A model generated the notes under the pieces. That model had not been told where the DNA came from, did not search any database, and saw only the letters and a program-made list of their open reading frames with translations. A stretch of 64,000 bases of DNA. It comes from Candidatus Falkowbacteria bacterium (GTDB taxonomy: Bacteria; Patescibacteriota; Patescibacteriia; Patescibacteriales; UBA12465). Of the stretch, positions 38,072 through 46,655 are shown piece by piece. The stretch covers positions 81,020 through 145,019 of the forward strand of contig JBAXPN010000001.1 in NCBI GenBank assembly GCA_037132255.1. Reading direction: 5' to 3'. Numbering within the stretch: position 1 is the stretch's first letter; each line of letters begins with the position of its first letter. The translations under genes and the position numbers were made by a program.

Positions 38072-38395
38072 ATGAATATCAAAAAGAACGACAAAGTACA
38101 AATTTTAGCTGGTAAAGATAAGGGTAAAACCGGAAAGGTTTTGCAAGTTTCACCGACTCAAGGTCGCGTGAGCGTTGAAGGCTTAAATTTATTAATTAAG
38201 CATTTAAGACCTAATCGCCAGAATGAAAAGGGGCAGAGAATTGAATTCCCAGCTTTCATTAATTTGTCGAATGTTGCGGTAGTATGTCCGAAATGTGGCA
38301 AGCCAACCAAGATTGGTCATAAAACAATCAAGCTTGAAGGCGGCGAAGAAAAGAAGTTTAGAGTTTGTAAAAAATGCCAGGAAACAATTGAGTAA
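38072..38395 (+). CDS. rplX: ribosomal protein L24 (with a C-terminal CxxC...CxxC ribbon)
   Basis: KKNDKVQILAGKDKGKTGKVLQV with a KOW motif; CPKCGKPT...CKKC. Confidence 0.95.
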   Translation: MNIKKNDKVQILAGKDKGKTGKVLQVSPTQGRVSVEGLNLLIKHLRPNRQNEKGQRIEFPAFINLSNVAVVCPKCGKPTKIGHKTIKLEGGEEKKFRVCKKCQETIE

Positions 38396-38405
38396 TTTTA
38401 AATTT

Positions 38406-38951
38406 ATGAGATTAAAAGAGAAATATAAAAAAGAAATCGCCAAGGCATTAGCTGAGAAATTTGGCTATAGTAATGAATTCTTGGTCCCACGCCTCGAGAA
38501 GGTTGTGATTAATGTTGGCTTCGGTCATCATTCCAAAGAAAAAGAATTCATGGCTAGCGTGGCCAAAGGTTTAACCGTTATTAGCGGCCAAAAAGCAGTT
38601 TTCACTGAAGCGAAAAAATCTATTTCCGCTTTCAAAATCAGAGAAGGCTTAACTATTGGTTCTAAGGTTACTCTACGCGGTGCACGCATGTATGACTTTG
38701 TCGAAAAATTGGTGAATATTACTTTTCCTCGCGTCCGCGATTTCCGCGGTATCAGCGAAAAATCAGTTGATCGTAATGGTAATTTAACGGTTGGTTTTAA
38801 AGAATTCGTTGCATTCCCTGAAATTCACGTCGAAGATGTTGATAATATGTTCGGTTTGGAAATCTGTTTAGCGACCAGCGCTAAAAATAAGGAAGAAGGT
38901 TTGGAAATGTTCCGCCTCTTCGGTTTCCCGTTTAAAAAAGACAGCAAATAA
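38406..38951 (+). CDS. rplE: ribosomal protein L5
   Basis: MRLKEKYKKEIAKALAEKFGYSNEFLVPRLEKVVINVG. The track ORF opens at 38295 inside rplX; the in-frame ATG 38406 is the sensible start. Confidence 0.95.
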   Translation: MRLKEKYKKEIAKALAEKFGYSNEFLVPRLEKVVINVGFGHHSKEKEFMASVAKGLTVISGQKAVFTEAKKSISAFKIREGLTIGSKVTLRGARMYDFVEKLVNITFPRVRDFRGISEKSVDRNGNLTVGFKEFVAFPEIHVEDVDNMFGLEICLATSAKNKEEGLEMFRLFGFPFKKDSK

Positions 38952-38962
38952 TTTAAATATCT

Positions 38963-39148
38963 ATGGCAAGAACTGCATTAATTGTTAAAGCAAAAAGAAA
39001 ACCAAAATTTTCTACCCGTAAAATAAATCGTTGCTGGCGTTGTGGCCGTAACCATGGCTTTATCGGTGATTTCAAATTGTGCCGTATTTGTTTCCGGGAA
39101 TTAGCTGATAATGGCGATCTGCCAGGTATCACTAAATCCAGCTGGTAA
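38963..39148 (+). CDS. rpsN: ribosomal protein S14, type Z (zinc-binding)
   Basis: 61 aa; [20 protein letters not shown]. Confidence 0.95.
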   Translation: MARTALIVKAKRKPKFSTRKINRCWRCGRNHGFIGDFKLCRICFRELADNGDLPGITKSSW

Positions 39149-39174
39149 TTTTTTATTAAGTATTCACTAAAAAT

Positions 39175-39585
39175 ATGATGGATCCCATCGCAGACATGTT
39201 CACAAGAATTAGAAACGCTTCCGCCGTTAAAAAAACGGAGATTGTTTTGCCTATGTCAAAGCTAAAGCTTGAAGTAGCCAAAATTTTAGAAGCTGAAGGC
39301 TGGGTTAAGAAAACCACGATTGTTCCTGGTGGTCTTGACGGAAAGCATAATATTTTTGATGAGCTCAAAATTCAATTAAAATACCGTAAGAACGGAAAGC
39401 CACAGATTAGTTCAATCAAAAGAATTAGTCGCCCAGGACTTCGAATTTACGTTGGTAAGGATGAAATCCCTACGGTTTTAAATAATTATGGTATGGCTAT
39501 TCTGTCCACTTCCAAGGGCTTAATGACTAACAAAGAAGCACGGAAGCAGAAGATCGGTGGCGAAGTATTGGGAGAGATTTATTAA
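39175..39585 (+). CDS. rpsH: ribosomal protein S8
   Basis: MDPIADMFTRIRNA... Confidence 0.96.
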   Translation: MMDPIADMFTRIRNASAVKKTEIVLPMSKLKLEVAKILEAEGWVKKTTIVPGGLDGKHNIFDELKIQLKYRKNGKPQISSIKRISRPGLRIYVGKDEIPTVLNNYGMAILSTSKGLMTNKEARKQKIGGEVLGEIY

Positions 39586-39606
39586 TTATCAATAAGAATA
39601 TTTTAT

Positions 39607-40152
39607 ATGTCACGTTTAGGAAAATTGCCAATTATAATCCCAGCCGGTGTTCAAGTCACGATTAATACTCGCGAAATTCTTTTTAAGGGTCCGAAAGGCG
39701 AATTAAAAATCGCGAATAATCCGATAATTGAAGTTAAGGTTGTAAATAATGAAATCATTATCGCTCCTTATGATCGAGCCGCTAAAAATGCGAGCGCGAT
39801 GTGGGGTTTAGTTTGGAGTCTATCTCGTAACTCAGTAATTGGTGTAACTGAAGGATTCAAGAAAAAATTAGAAATTAATGGTGTTGGTTATCGTGCGACT
39901 GTAGTCCCTGGCCAAATCAATATGAGTTTAGGTTTTTCCCATCCGGTTGAATTTAAATTACCAGTTGGTATCACCGCAATCGTAGAAGGTAATTCAATTA
40001 CTTTAAGCGGCGTTGATAAACAAATGGTTGGCGAAACTGCTGCTCAAATCCGAAAAATCCGTAAGCCAGAACCTTATAAAGGTAAGGGTATTAAATATTC
40101 CGATGAAATCATTCGTCGTAAAGCTGGTAAAGCGGCATCTAAAGGTAAATAA
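39607..40152 (+). CDS. rplF: ribosomal protein L6
   Basis: SRLGKLPIIIPAGVQV ... PEPYKGKGIKY. Confidence 0.96.
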   Translation: MSRLGKLPIIIPAGVQVTINTREILFKGPKGELKIANNPIIEVKVVNNEIIIAPYDRAAKNASAMWGLVWSLSRNSVIGVTEGFKKKLEINGVGYRATVVPGQINMSLGFSHPVEFKLPVGITAIVEGNSITLSGVDKQMVGETAAQIRKIRKPEPYKGKGIKYSDEIIRRKAGKAASKGK

Positions 40153-40179
40153 TTGCTTAGTCAAAAAAGATTTAATTAT

Positions 40180-40533
40180 ATGGACAAAAATAAGGCCAAA
40201 TCTCAGAAAAACATTCGTCGCCATGCGCGCGTTCGTTCAACGATCTCCGGAACTGTTGCTATTCCACGTTTAAGCGTTTTTCGCTCAAACCGTGGAATGT
40301 TCTTACAGCTTATCGATGATCTTGGCGGAAAAACTCTTGCGAGTGCATCGACGCTTGAACTTAAAACTAAAGCCGCAAAAATTGATTTAGGTAAAGAATT
40401 AGGTTTGCTTATCGCGAAAAAAGGACAAGCACTTAAAATTACCAAAGTTGTTTTTGATCGCAGCTCTTATAAATATCACGGTCGCGTAAAAGCGGTAGCG
40501 GAAGGAGCGCGTGAAGGTGGTCTGCAATTTTAA
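40180..40533 (+). CDS. rplR: ribosomal protein L18
   Basis: [20 protein letters not shown]...[22 protein letters not shown] 40180 (tatATG) is preferred over TTG 40153. Confidence 0.94.
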   Translation: MDKNKAKSQKNIRRHARVRSTISGTVAIPRLSVFRSNRGMFLQLIDDLGGKTLASASTLELKTKAAKIDLGKELGLLIAKKGQALKITKVVFDRSSYKYHGRVKAVAEGAREGGLQF

Positions 40534-40544
40534 ATATTATAAAT

Positions 40545-41201
40545 ATGTCTGAAATTAAAAAAACTACAAGCGAAGATAAAGCCAAGGCAGTTTCGGCTGG
40601 TGCAGCGGCAACAGTTGCCACTGATATTTACGGCGGTCAAAAACGAAACCAAGGCGCAGGCGGTGCTGGCGGCGGTGGATATCGTGGTCCAAAACGTGGC
40701 GATCGTCGCGACGACAGACCGAAGGACGATATGGAACAACGCATTCTTGAAGTTGCTCGCGTAACTCGTGTTATGGCGGGTGGTAAAAGAATGAATTTCC
40801 GCGCTTGTGTTGCCATCGGCGATAAGAAGGGAAATGTCGGCGTCGGTCTTGGCAAAGGAGCTGATGTTACTATGGCTGTGAATAAAGCGGTTAATCGCGC
40901 TAAGAAAACCATGGTAAACGTTCCAATGGTTAATGAAACTATTCCTCATGAAATAAATTTGAAAATGGGAGCAGCCAGATTAATGTTTAAACCGGCAAAA
41001 AAAGGACGTGGTGTTATTTCAGGTGGTGTCGCTCGTATTATTTTAGAACTAGCTGGCGTTAAGAATGTAACTAGTAAGGCATTAGGCTCAAAGAATAAAA
41101 TCAATAATGCGCGTTGTACGATTGAAGCCTTACGCCAATTACGTCGCCCAGAAGTAAAAGCTGAGAACAAGAAAGACGAGACTAATGAAGAGAAAAAATA
41201 A
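40545..41201 (+). CDS. rpsE: ribosomal protein S5 with a Gly/Arg/Asp-rich N-terminal extension
   Basis: Core RVTRVMAGGKRMNFRACVAIGD. It is preceded by about 62 aa including GAGGAGGGGYRGPKRGDRRDDRPKDD. An internal ATG at 40731 is a possible alternative start. Confidence 0.93.
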   Translation: MSEIKKTTSEDKAKAVSAGAAATVATDIYGGQKRNQGAGGAGGGGYRGPKRGDRRDDRPKDDMEQRILEVARVTRVMAGGKRMNFRACVAIGDKKGNVGVGLGKGADVTMAVNKAVNRAKKTMVNVPMVNETIPHEINLKMGAARLMFKPAKKGRGVISGGVARIILELAGVKNVTSKALGSKNKINNARCTIEALRQLRRPEVKAENKKDETNEEKK

Positions 41202-41220
41202 TCATTTTAATTGAAGTAAT

Positions 41221-41634
41221 ATGTTATCACTAAATACAATTAAAAAAGCAAAGGGCTCGTCCAAAAAAATTAAACGAGTTGGTCGCGGTAACGCCTCCGG
41301 CCATGGTACTTATAGTACCCGCGGTTTGAAGGGACAAAAATCTCGTTCCGGCGTCAGCGGTTTAAAGCGTTTGGGCATGAAGAAGCAATTGCTTGCTATT
41401 CCTAAAGTCCGTGGTTTTAAATCTCATAAACCGAAAAATCAGGTTGTCAGTGTTAAGGCTGTTAATAAGAATTTCAAGGATGGTGAGGTCGTTAACCCAA
41501 CTTCTTTATTTGAAAAGAAATTAATCAACTCTGCTGAGATGCCAGTTAAAATATTAGGCAAAGAGAAATTAACTGTTAAGGTCACTTTTGAAAAAGTTGG
41601 CACCAGCGAACCAGTCAAAGGCCAAATTAAATAA
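41221..41634 (+). CDS. rplO: ribosomal protein L15
   Basis: GRGNASGHGTYSTRGLKGQKSRSG. It follows rpsE directly, with no rpmD between them. Confidence 0.95.
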   Translation: MLSLNTIKKAKGSSKKIKRVGRGNASGHGTYSTRGLKGQKSRSGVSGLKRLGMKKQLLAIPKVRGFKSHKPKNQVVSVKAVNKNFKDGEVVNPTSLFEKKLINSAEMPVKILGKEKLTVKVTFEKVGTSEPVKGQIK

Positions 41635-41646
41635 AACTAGAAAAAT

Positions 41647-42918
41647 ATGTTCAGTAAATTAGAACAAATTTGGAAAGCTAAAGATTTAAGAAATAACATC
41701 CTCTTTGTTTTGGGGATGTTAGTTATATTCCGCCTCGCCGCTCATATCCCAGTTCCCGGTGTTAATGCGGTTGCTCTCAAGAATTTATTTGCTTCTAACC
41801 AGATTTTAGGACTGATGAATTTATTCTCCGGTGGAGGCATGGAAACATTCTCAATCGTGATGATGGGTGTAGCTCCTTATATTACTTCTTCTATTATTTT
41901 TCAGCTTTTAGGCATGATTGTGCCTTCAGTTGAAGAAATGCAAAAGGAAGAATCTGGTCGCCAGAAGATTAATATGTGGACAAGATGGCTCACTGTTCCG
42001 CTCGCCGCGATGCAAGCTTATGGCATGATTACTTTGCTTCGCCGTGGGTCAGCTGGAATTTTGGGTGAAATTGCTCCTTTTGATTTTGCTGTTATTATCA
42101 TTACTATTTCGGCCGGTACTATTTTTCTGATGTGGCTCGGTGAACTTATTTCTGAAAAGAAAGTTGGTAATGGTATTTCCTTATTAATTTTTGCTGGTAT
42201 CGTTGCTGATTTACCAAAAAGAATCGGACAGATATTTGTAACTTTTGATCAAACGCAATTGTTTATGTTGCTTGGCTTTGTGGCCATTGCGATAATTACA
42301 GTTGTCGGTGTAGTTGTTATTAACGAAGGCCAACGTAATATTCCGGTTCAATACGCCCGTCAGATTAGAGGGAATCGAACATTCGGCGGCACGAGCACTC
42401 ATTTACCATTACGTGTAAATATGGCTGGCGTTATCCCGATTATTTTTGCTATTTCTATTGTTCTATTTCCATCAATGATCGCGCAATTTTTAATCCATGC
42501 GAAGAGCGCCTGGGTTTCAAATGCGGCTGCGTTTACAATCCAATTATTTAACAATCAATTATTCTACGGTATCACCTATTTCGTTTTAGTCTTTGCTTTT
42601 ACTTATTTTTATACCGAAGTTATATTTCACCCGGCGCAAATTGCCGAGAACCTGCAGAAGCAAGGCGGTTTTATTCCTGGCATTCGACCGGGGAAAACTA
42701 CAAGCGATTATTTATCAAACACTACTCATAAGATTATTCTGGTCGGCGCCTTATTCCTTGGTATTATCGCTATTTTACCTTTAATCATGCGCTATTTCAC
42801 CGGTGTTCAGGCTTTCTCAGTTGGTGGTACTAGTCTCTTAATTGTCGTTTCAGTGGTTATTGAAACTGTTAAGCAGATTGAATCCCAACTTACCATGCGT
42901 GAATACGACGGACTCTAA
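41647..42918 (+). CDS. secY: preprotein translocase subunit SecY
   Basis: 423 aa, 10-TM profile, with LFSGGGMETFSIVMMGVAPYITSSII and GTIFLMWLGELISEKKVGNGISL. Confidence 0.96.
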   Translation: MFSKLEQIWKAKDLRNNILFVLGMLVIFRLAAHIPVPGVNAVALKNLFASNQILGLMNLFSGGGMETFSIVMMGVAPYITSSIIFQLLGMIVPSVEEMQKEESGRQKINMWTRWLTVPLAAMQAYGMITLLRRGSAGILGEIAPFDFAVIIITISAGTIFLMWLGELISEKKVGNGISLLIFAGIVADLPKRIGQIFVTFDQTQLFMLLGFVAIAIITVVGVVVINEGQRNIPVQYARQIRGNRTFGGTSTHLPLRVNMAGVIPIIFAISIVLFPSMIAQFLIHAKSAWVSNAAAFTIQLFNNQLFYGITYFVLVFAFTYFYTEVIFHPAQIAENLQKQGGFIPGIRPGKTTSDYLSNTTHKIILVGALFLGIIAILPLIMRYFTGVQAFSVGGTSLLIVVSVVIETVKQIESQLTMREYDGL

Positions 42919-42939
42919 ACTAAAAACCAATGATATTAT

Positions 42940-42975
42940 AAAGACTCAGCTCTCAGGCTGAGTCTTTAGTTTTAA
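42940..42975 (+). terminator. strong intrinsic terminator after secY
   Basis: AAAGACTCAGC (42940-42950) pairs with GCTGAGTCTTT (42957-42967): an 11-bp stem and 6-nt loop, followed by AGTTTT. Confidence 0.8.
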
Positions 42976-42977
42976 GT

Positions 42978-43007
42978 TGATTTATGATATATTTAGGTCA
43001 TAAATCA
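42978..43007. promoter_or_regulatory. perfect 10-N10-10 inverted repeat upstream of the orphan cluster (candidate operator)
   Basis: TGATTTATGA (42978-42987), then TATATTTAGG, then TCATAAATCA (42998-43007). A TTGATT -35-like hexamer overlaps the left arm. It lies 14 nt before ATG 43022. Confidence 0.45.
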
Positions 43008-43021
43008 TGAATATTTAAAAT

Positions 43022-43570
43022 ATGTCTTTTGAAGAACAAATTGTGCCAAATGCTGAAGTTGAAAAAGTAGTCATAAGCACGGAAGTCGAAAAAACAAAGA
43101 ATGAAGCTGAAGAAGAAAAATCCGCTATTGGTAATGGCAAAAGCGAAAAAATAACTTTGTCAGAAGCAGAGAAAAATATAATTCGTGATGAAAACCATTA
43201 TTTTTCTCAAAAAGCAGCTTGGGAAGAATTTCAGAAATTAGGTATGATTCCTAAAGAAGCTGAGGAGTGGTTTGACGCTAAATACGCGAAATATAAGGGT
43301 GAGGACGGTTCAGGCGGTACGCCAATTTTACTTCGTGATAGTGGCGGTAATCCGCTTGGCAGTTTCAAATTTGAAGATATATCCTCTCAGGAAAAAGCCG
43401 CTCATAGTTTCGGTACTTTGAAGTTGATTGGTGACAATTATAATCTTGAATTTATTAAGCATTTTAATAATGAACCAGAATTGCTAGAGATAGCCGATAA
43501 AAAGTTAAGTACATTGCCTCAGTTGCTTAAATTATATCAAGAGAATGAGGCTAAATTAGCTGGTAAATAA
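43022..43570 (+). CDS. hypothetical soluble protein (orphan 1 of 3)
   Basis: 182 aa with an acidic N-terminus (EVEKTKNEAEEEKS). No motif recognised. The start has the genome-typical aatATG context. Confidence 0.6.
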   Translation: MSFEEQIVPNAEVEKVVISTEVEKTKNEAEEEKSAIGNGKSEKITLSEAEKNIIRDENHYFSQKAAWEEFQKLGMIPKEAEEWFDAKYAKYKGEDGSGGTPILLRDSGGNPLGSFKFEDISSQEKAAHSFGTLKLIGDNYNLEFIKHFNNEPELLEIADKKLSTLPQLLKLYQENEAKLAGK

Positions 43571-43580
43571 TTTAAAATAT

Positions 43581-43877
43581 ATGGACCTAAATAGTATAAC
43601 GGATAATCTCAGTGAAACAACTGATTATCGTCTCGATCAGCGTTTTGATAAATTAATGCGGACTAACCCGCGTTATAAGAATTTGGACGCTGAAAACAGA
43701 AAATTAATCATGGATTTAATTGATAAATATAAGAAGAAAATCAGAGAGCACGCTGACCCATCGAGCCTTACTATCCGCCATGACCTCTATCATCTTTATC
43801 AAAATAGAATTAAGCTTGGCTTAACCTTTAATGATTTAGACCAAATTAAAGAACTCTTGGAAAGCTTTAAGAAATAA
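43581..43877 (+). CDS. hypothetical small helical protein (orphan 2 of 3)
   Basis: 98 aa, predicted all-helical and charged. There is a 10-nt gap from the upstream gene. Confidence 0.55.
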   Translation: MDLNSITDNLSETTDYRLDQRFDKLMRTNPRYKNLDAENRKLIMDLIDKYKKKIREHADPSSLTIRHDLYHLYQNRIKLGLTFNDLDQIKELLESFKK

Positions 43878-43886
43878 TTATTCTCT

Positions 43887-44480
43887 ATGGGTTTAAATAA
43901 TTTAGTCGGTGGGCGTGGATTTACGCTTGGTAAATTTACGTCTAATCTAAATGCTTCGACTCAATCCGGCGCATTGAAGAATTTTCGCGATCCGATTCGT
44001 CGGGTTGTGGAAAAGAATTTATCCGCCATTCAAGGTGGGCGTTTTAAGAGCGCCGAGGCGATGCGTCACTTGCAAAGAGATGAGAAGCTAGATTATAAGG
44101 CTAAACGCGACGTAGGGCGTATTTTTAAGCAGTTAGAGGCGACTCCAAAAGCAGTTGAGGAAAAAATTTCACGTCGCGAAGTACTCGATAGAGCTTTAAA
44201 GGCTAATGATAATGGCGCAAAATCAGACGCGAAAGATCGACCAGTCAAAGTTCCTTTGCAGTTAAGAATTAACCGCGCCGATTCAGAGTTTAATGAAGAT
44301 AAAGTAAAAGAGAATCGGGTTAGCGCTTTGCAGAATCGTTTGAATGAAGCCTCGGGAGTATCGGGCCCAATGGGCAAGCCGCTACCGCCAGCACCAATCA
44401 AGCAAGAGCCAGCCAGCTCGCGACCAGGAGAGAAAGGAGCGACGCTAACGGAGCATCATGAGCATATAAGTTTTAATTAG
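43887..44480 (+). CDS. hypothetical basic, low-complexity protein (orphan 3 of 3)
   Basis: 197 aa, K/R-rich, with a Pro-rich C-terminal region (GKPLPPAPIKQEPASSRPGEKG) and a tail ending HHEHISFN. Confidence 0.55.
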   Translation: MGLNNLVGGRGFTLGKFTSNLNASTQSGALKNFRDPIRRVVEKNLSAIQGGRFKSAEAMRHLQRDEKLDYKAKRDVGRIFKQLEATPKAVEEKISRREVLDRALKANDNGAKSDAKDRPVKVPLQLRINRADSEFNEDKVKENRVSALQNRLNEASGVSGPMGKPLPPAPIKQEPASSRPGEKGATLTEHHEHISFN

Positions 44481-44490
44481 ATTAATATTT

Positions 44491-45417
44491 ATGGTTTTTT
44501 CTTTCATTACGATCATTCTTGGGCTTTGTTTATTTGAAATTATTTCGAGCGTTGATAATGCGGTCGTTAATGCGCATATTTTAAAAACAATGCCGGATAA
44601 ATATCGGAAGATTTTTTTATTCTGGGGGCTACTTTTTGCAGTTTTCGTTGTTCGCGGTTTACTACCATTTGTAATTGTTTGGATTGCTAATCCGAGCCTA
44701 GGTGTTTGGCAAGTGGTAACGGCGACTTTCTCGAATTCGCCGGAAATTAAGGCGTACATTGAACATTCGAAGCCATTATTATTACTTGGGGGCGGTATTT
44801 ATCTGTTTTTAGTATTTTTATCTTGGTTATTTTTGGAAGAGAAAAAATATGCTTTTTTAGTTGAAGGCTTTATTCATCGCCAAGGAGCTTGGTTCTACGC
44901 TTTTGCTTCAATTATTACGACCGCCGTTGTTTATTTTTCTTTGCAGCAAAATCCAACTCTTGCGTTGGCCGCAACGATTGGCGTTTCCGCTTTCTTTATT
45001 ACTGATGGTTTTAAGAAGAATGCCGAAACACAGGAGAAGAAATTAATGGATCCAGCGATGGGCGCTTGGAGTAAAATTTTATACCTTGAAGTTTTAGACG
45101 CCTCATTTTCGATCGACGGTGTTATCGGTGCTTTTGCCTTTACGGTTTCCGTCCCTTTAATTATTTTAGGTAATGGTTTGGGTGCGTTTATTGTTCGTGA
45201 ATTTACGATTCGGGGAATCGATTTGATTTCTAAATATGAGTTTTTGAAGAATGGCGCGATGTATGCGATTGGTGTTCTCGGCGCAATTATGGTTCTTGAA
45301 AGTTTCGGGCATGAGTTCCCGTTTTGGATGGCGCCCCTAAATATGTTCGTTTTATTAGGTATTTTCTTATTCTTGTCCGTTCGTTCTGATAAGGCCCGGA
45401 AAAAATCAGCAGTATAA
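44491..45417 (+). CDS. DUF475 / TerC-related integral membrane protein
   Basis: 308 aa. The N-terminal helix carries EIISSVDNAVVNAHIL (the SxDNA motif of TerC/DUF475 families), with a second half-repeat at EVLDASFSIDGVIGAFA. Confidence 0.6.
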   Translation: MVFSFITIILGLCLFEIISSVDNAVVNAHILKTMPDKYRKIFLFWGLLFAVFVVRGLLPFVIVWIANPSLGVWQVVTATFSNSPEIKAYIEHSKPLLLLGGGIYLFLVFLSWLFLEEKKYAFLVEGFIHRQGAWFYAFASIITTAVVYFSLQQNPTLALAATIGVSAFFITDGFKKNAETQEKKLMDPAMGAWSKILYLEVLDASFSIDGVIGAFAFTVSVPLIILGNGLGAFIVREFTIRGIDLISKYEFLKNGAMYAIGVLGAIMVLESFGHEFPFWMAPLNMFVLLGIFLFLSVRSDKARKKSAV

Positions 45418-45419
45418 TT

Positions 45420-46250
45420 ATGGTTTATATAAAAACAAAAGAAGAAATTCGGATTATTAAAGAAGGCGGCAAAAGATTGGCCTCGATTTTGGCGCGCGTG
45501 ACAAAAGAAGTTAAGCCGGGAGTTCAGACCGGATTTCTTGAGGAGATAGCCGATAGGATGATTCGCGAAATTGGCGGTCGTCCGGCTTTCAAGAATTATC
45601 CGATGGGCGGAGGCATTTTTTTTCCATCAACACTTTGTATTTCGATTAATAGCGAAGTCGTCCACGGAGTTGCGCTACCATCACGCTTAATTAAAGCTGG
45701 GGACGTCGTTGATATTGATATTGGGATGGAATGGCCAGTTACGCCAGAACTGAGGGCGAAATTTAAGGCACCGCTTAATAAACATTCAAAAGGCGGTGGA
45801 TTTTATACGGATATGTGCGCCACGGTTGGTGCTGGCGCAATAAGCAAGGATGCGAAAAAATTACTCAAGATAACTCAAGAATGCTTGAATCGGGCTCTTA
45901 AATTAGTTAAACCGGGCAATACGATTAATGATTTGGCGCGGGCGATTCAAGGACTCGCTGAAAGTAATGGTTATGGCGTTGTTCGCGATTTAGTTGGTCA
46001 TGGCGTTGGCTATTTTGCACATGAAGGACCGGATGTATTTAATTTTGAAATCAACGAAGACTCTCCGGAAAATCTCGTTCTTGAAGAAGGGATGGTTATC
46101 GCAATTGAACCGATGATAAATATTGGTGATTGGCGTGTTAAGGTCGCGCGAAATGGTTATACAATAATTAGCGCTGATAATTCTTTAAGCGCTCATTTTG
46201 AACATACGGTAGCAGTTACGGTTAAAGGTTGTGATATTTTAACCAAATAA
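45420..46250 (+). CDS. map: methionine aminopeptidase, type I
   Basis: EVVHGV, DIDIGMEW, GHGVG and IEPMINIG metal-ligand contexts, with an inserted loop of about 30 aa. Confidence 0.9.
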   Translation: MVYIKTKEEIRIIKEGGKRLASILARVTKEVKPGVQTGFLEEIADRMIREIGGRPAFKNYPMGGGIFFPSTLCISINSEVVHGVALPSRLIKAGDVVDIDIGMEWPVTPELRAKFKAPLNKHSKGGGFYTDMCATVGAGAISKDAKKLLKITQECLNRALKLVKPGNTINDLARAIQGLAESNGYGVVRDLVGHGVGYFAHEGPDVFNFEINEDSPENLVLEEGMVIAIEPMINIGDWRVKVARNGYTIISADNSLSAHFEHTVAVTVKGCDILTK

Positions 46251-46274
46251 TTATTTATTAATTATAATAATTAT

Positions 46275-46655
46275 ATGGAGTCAAAAAAATATTTAGGCAT
46301 CGATTGGGGTGAGAAGCGAATCGGCTTGGCGATAGCCGATGAGGAAACTTGTTTAGCCTTGCCATTAAAAACAGTGGCTAGTCTTAATGAGTTATTAGAG
46401 ACGATTAAGGAAGAAGAGATCGACGTCGTTGTAATTGGCAGCCCAAAAAAGATGAGCGGAGAAGCGGCCAATAACCCTCTCTGGCTTAATTTTGTCGCCC
46501 AATTAGAGCAAAAAAGCGGCAAAAAGCTTGAGTTTTTAGATGAACGCCTCAGTAGTTTAGCGGCTGACGCTTTAAGCGGCGAGAAGAAGGATAAGGCAGA
46601 GCGTGACGAGATCGCCGCGACGATAATTTTACAAGATTATTTGGATAGTAATTAA
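46275..46655 (+). CDS. ruvX: YqgF/RuvX putative pre-16S rRNA nuclease / Holliday junction resolvase
   Basis: YLGIDWGEKRIGLAIAD at the N-terminus; 126 aa. Confidence 0.88.
   Translation: MESKKYLGIDWGEKRIGLAIADEETCLALPLKTVASLNELLETIKEEEIDVVVIGSPKKMSGEAANNPLWLNFVAQLEQKSGKKLEFLDERLSSLAADALSGEKKDKAERDEIAATIILQDYLDSN

Noticed and set aside
40530-40949. Long antisense ORFs (139 aa and 91 aa) opposite rpsE. Similar shadow ORFs lie opposite rpsQ (37334-37690), rplD (33290-33721), rpoA (17954-18277), rpsK (16168-16433) and rpmB (25758-25961), and in alternative frames of fusA (29257-29691), alaS, ftsW, murG and dnaG.
   Set aside because: Each lies entirely inside a confidently identified conserved gene. 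They arise from low-complexity or GC-rich coding sequence on the other strand. They have no start context, no spacing and no recognisable motifs.
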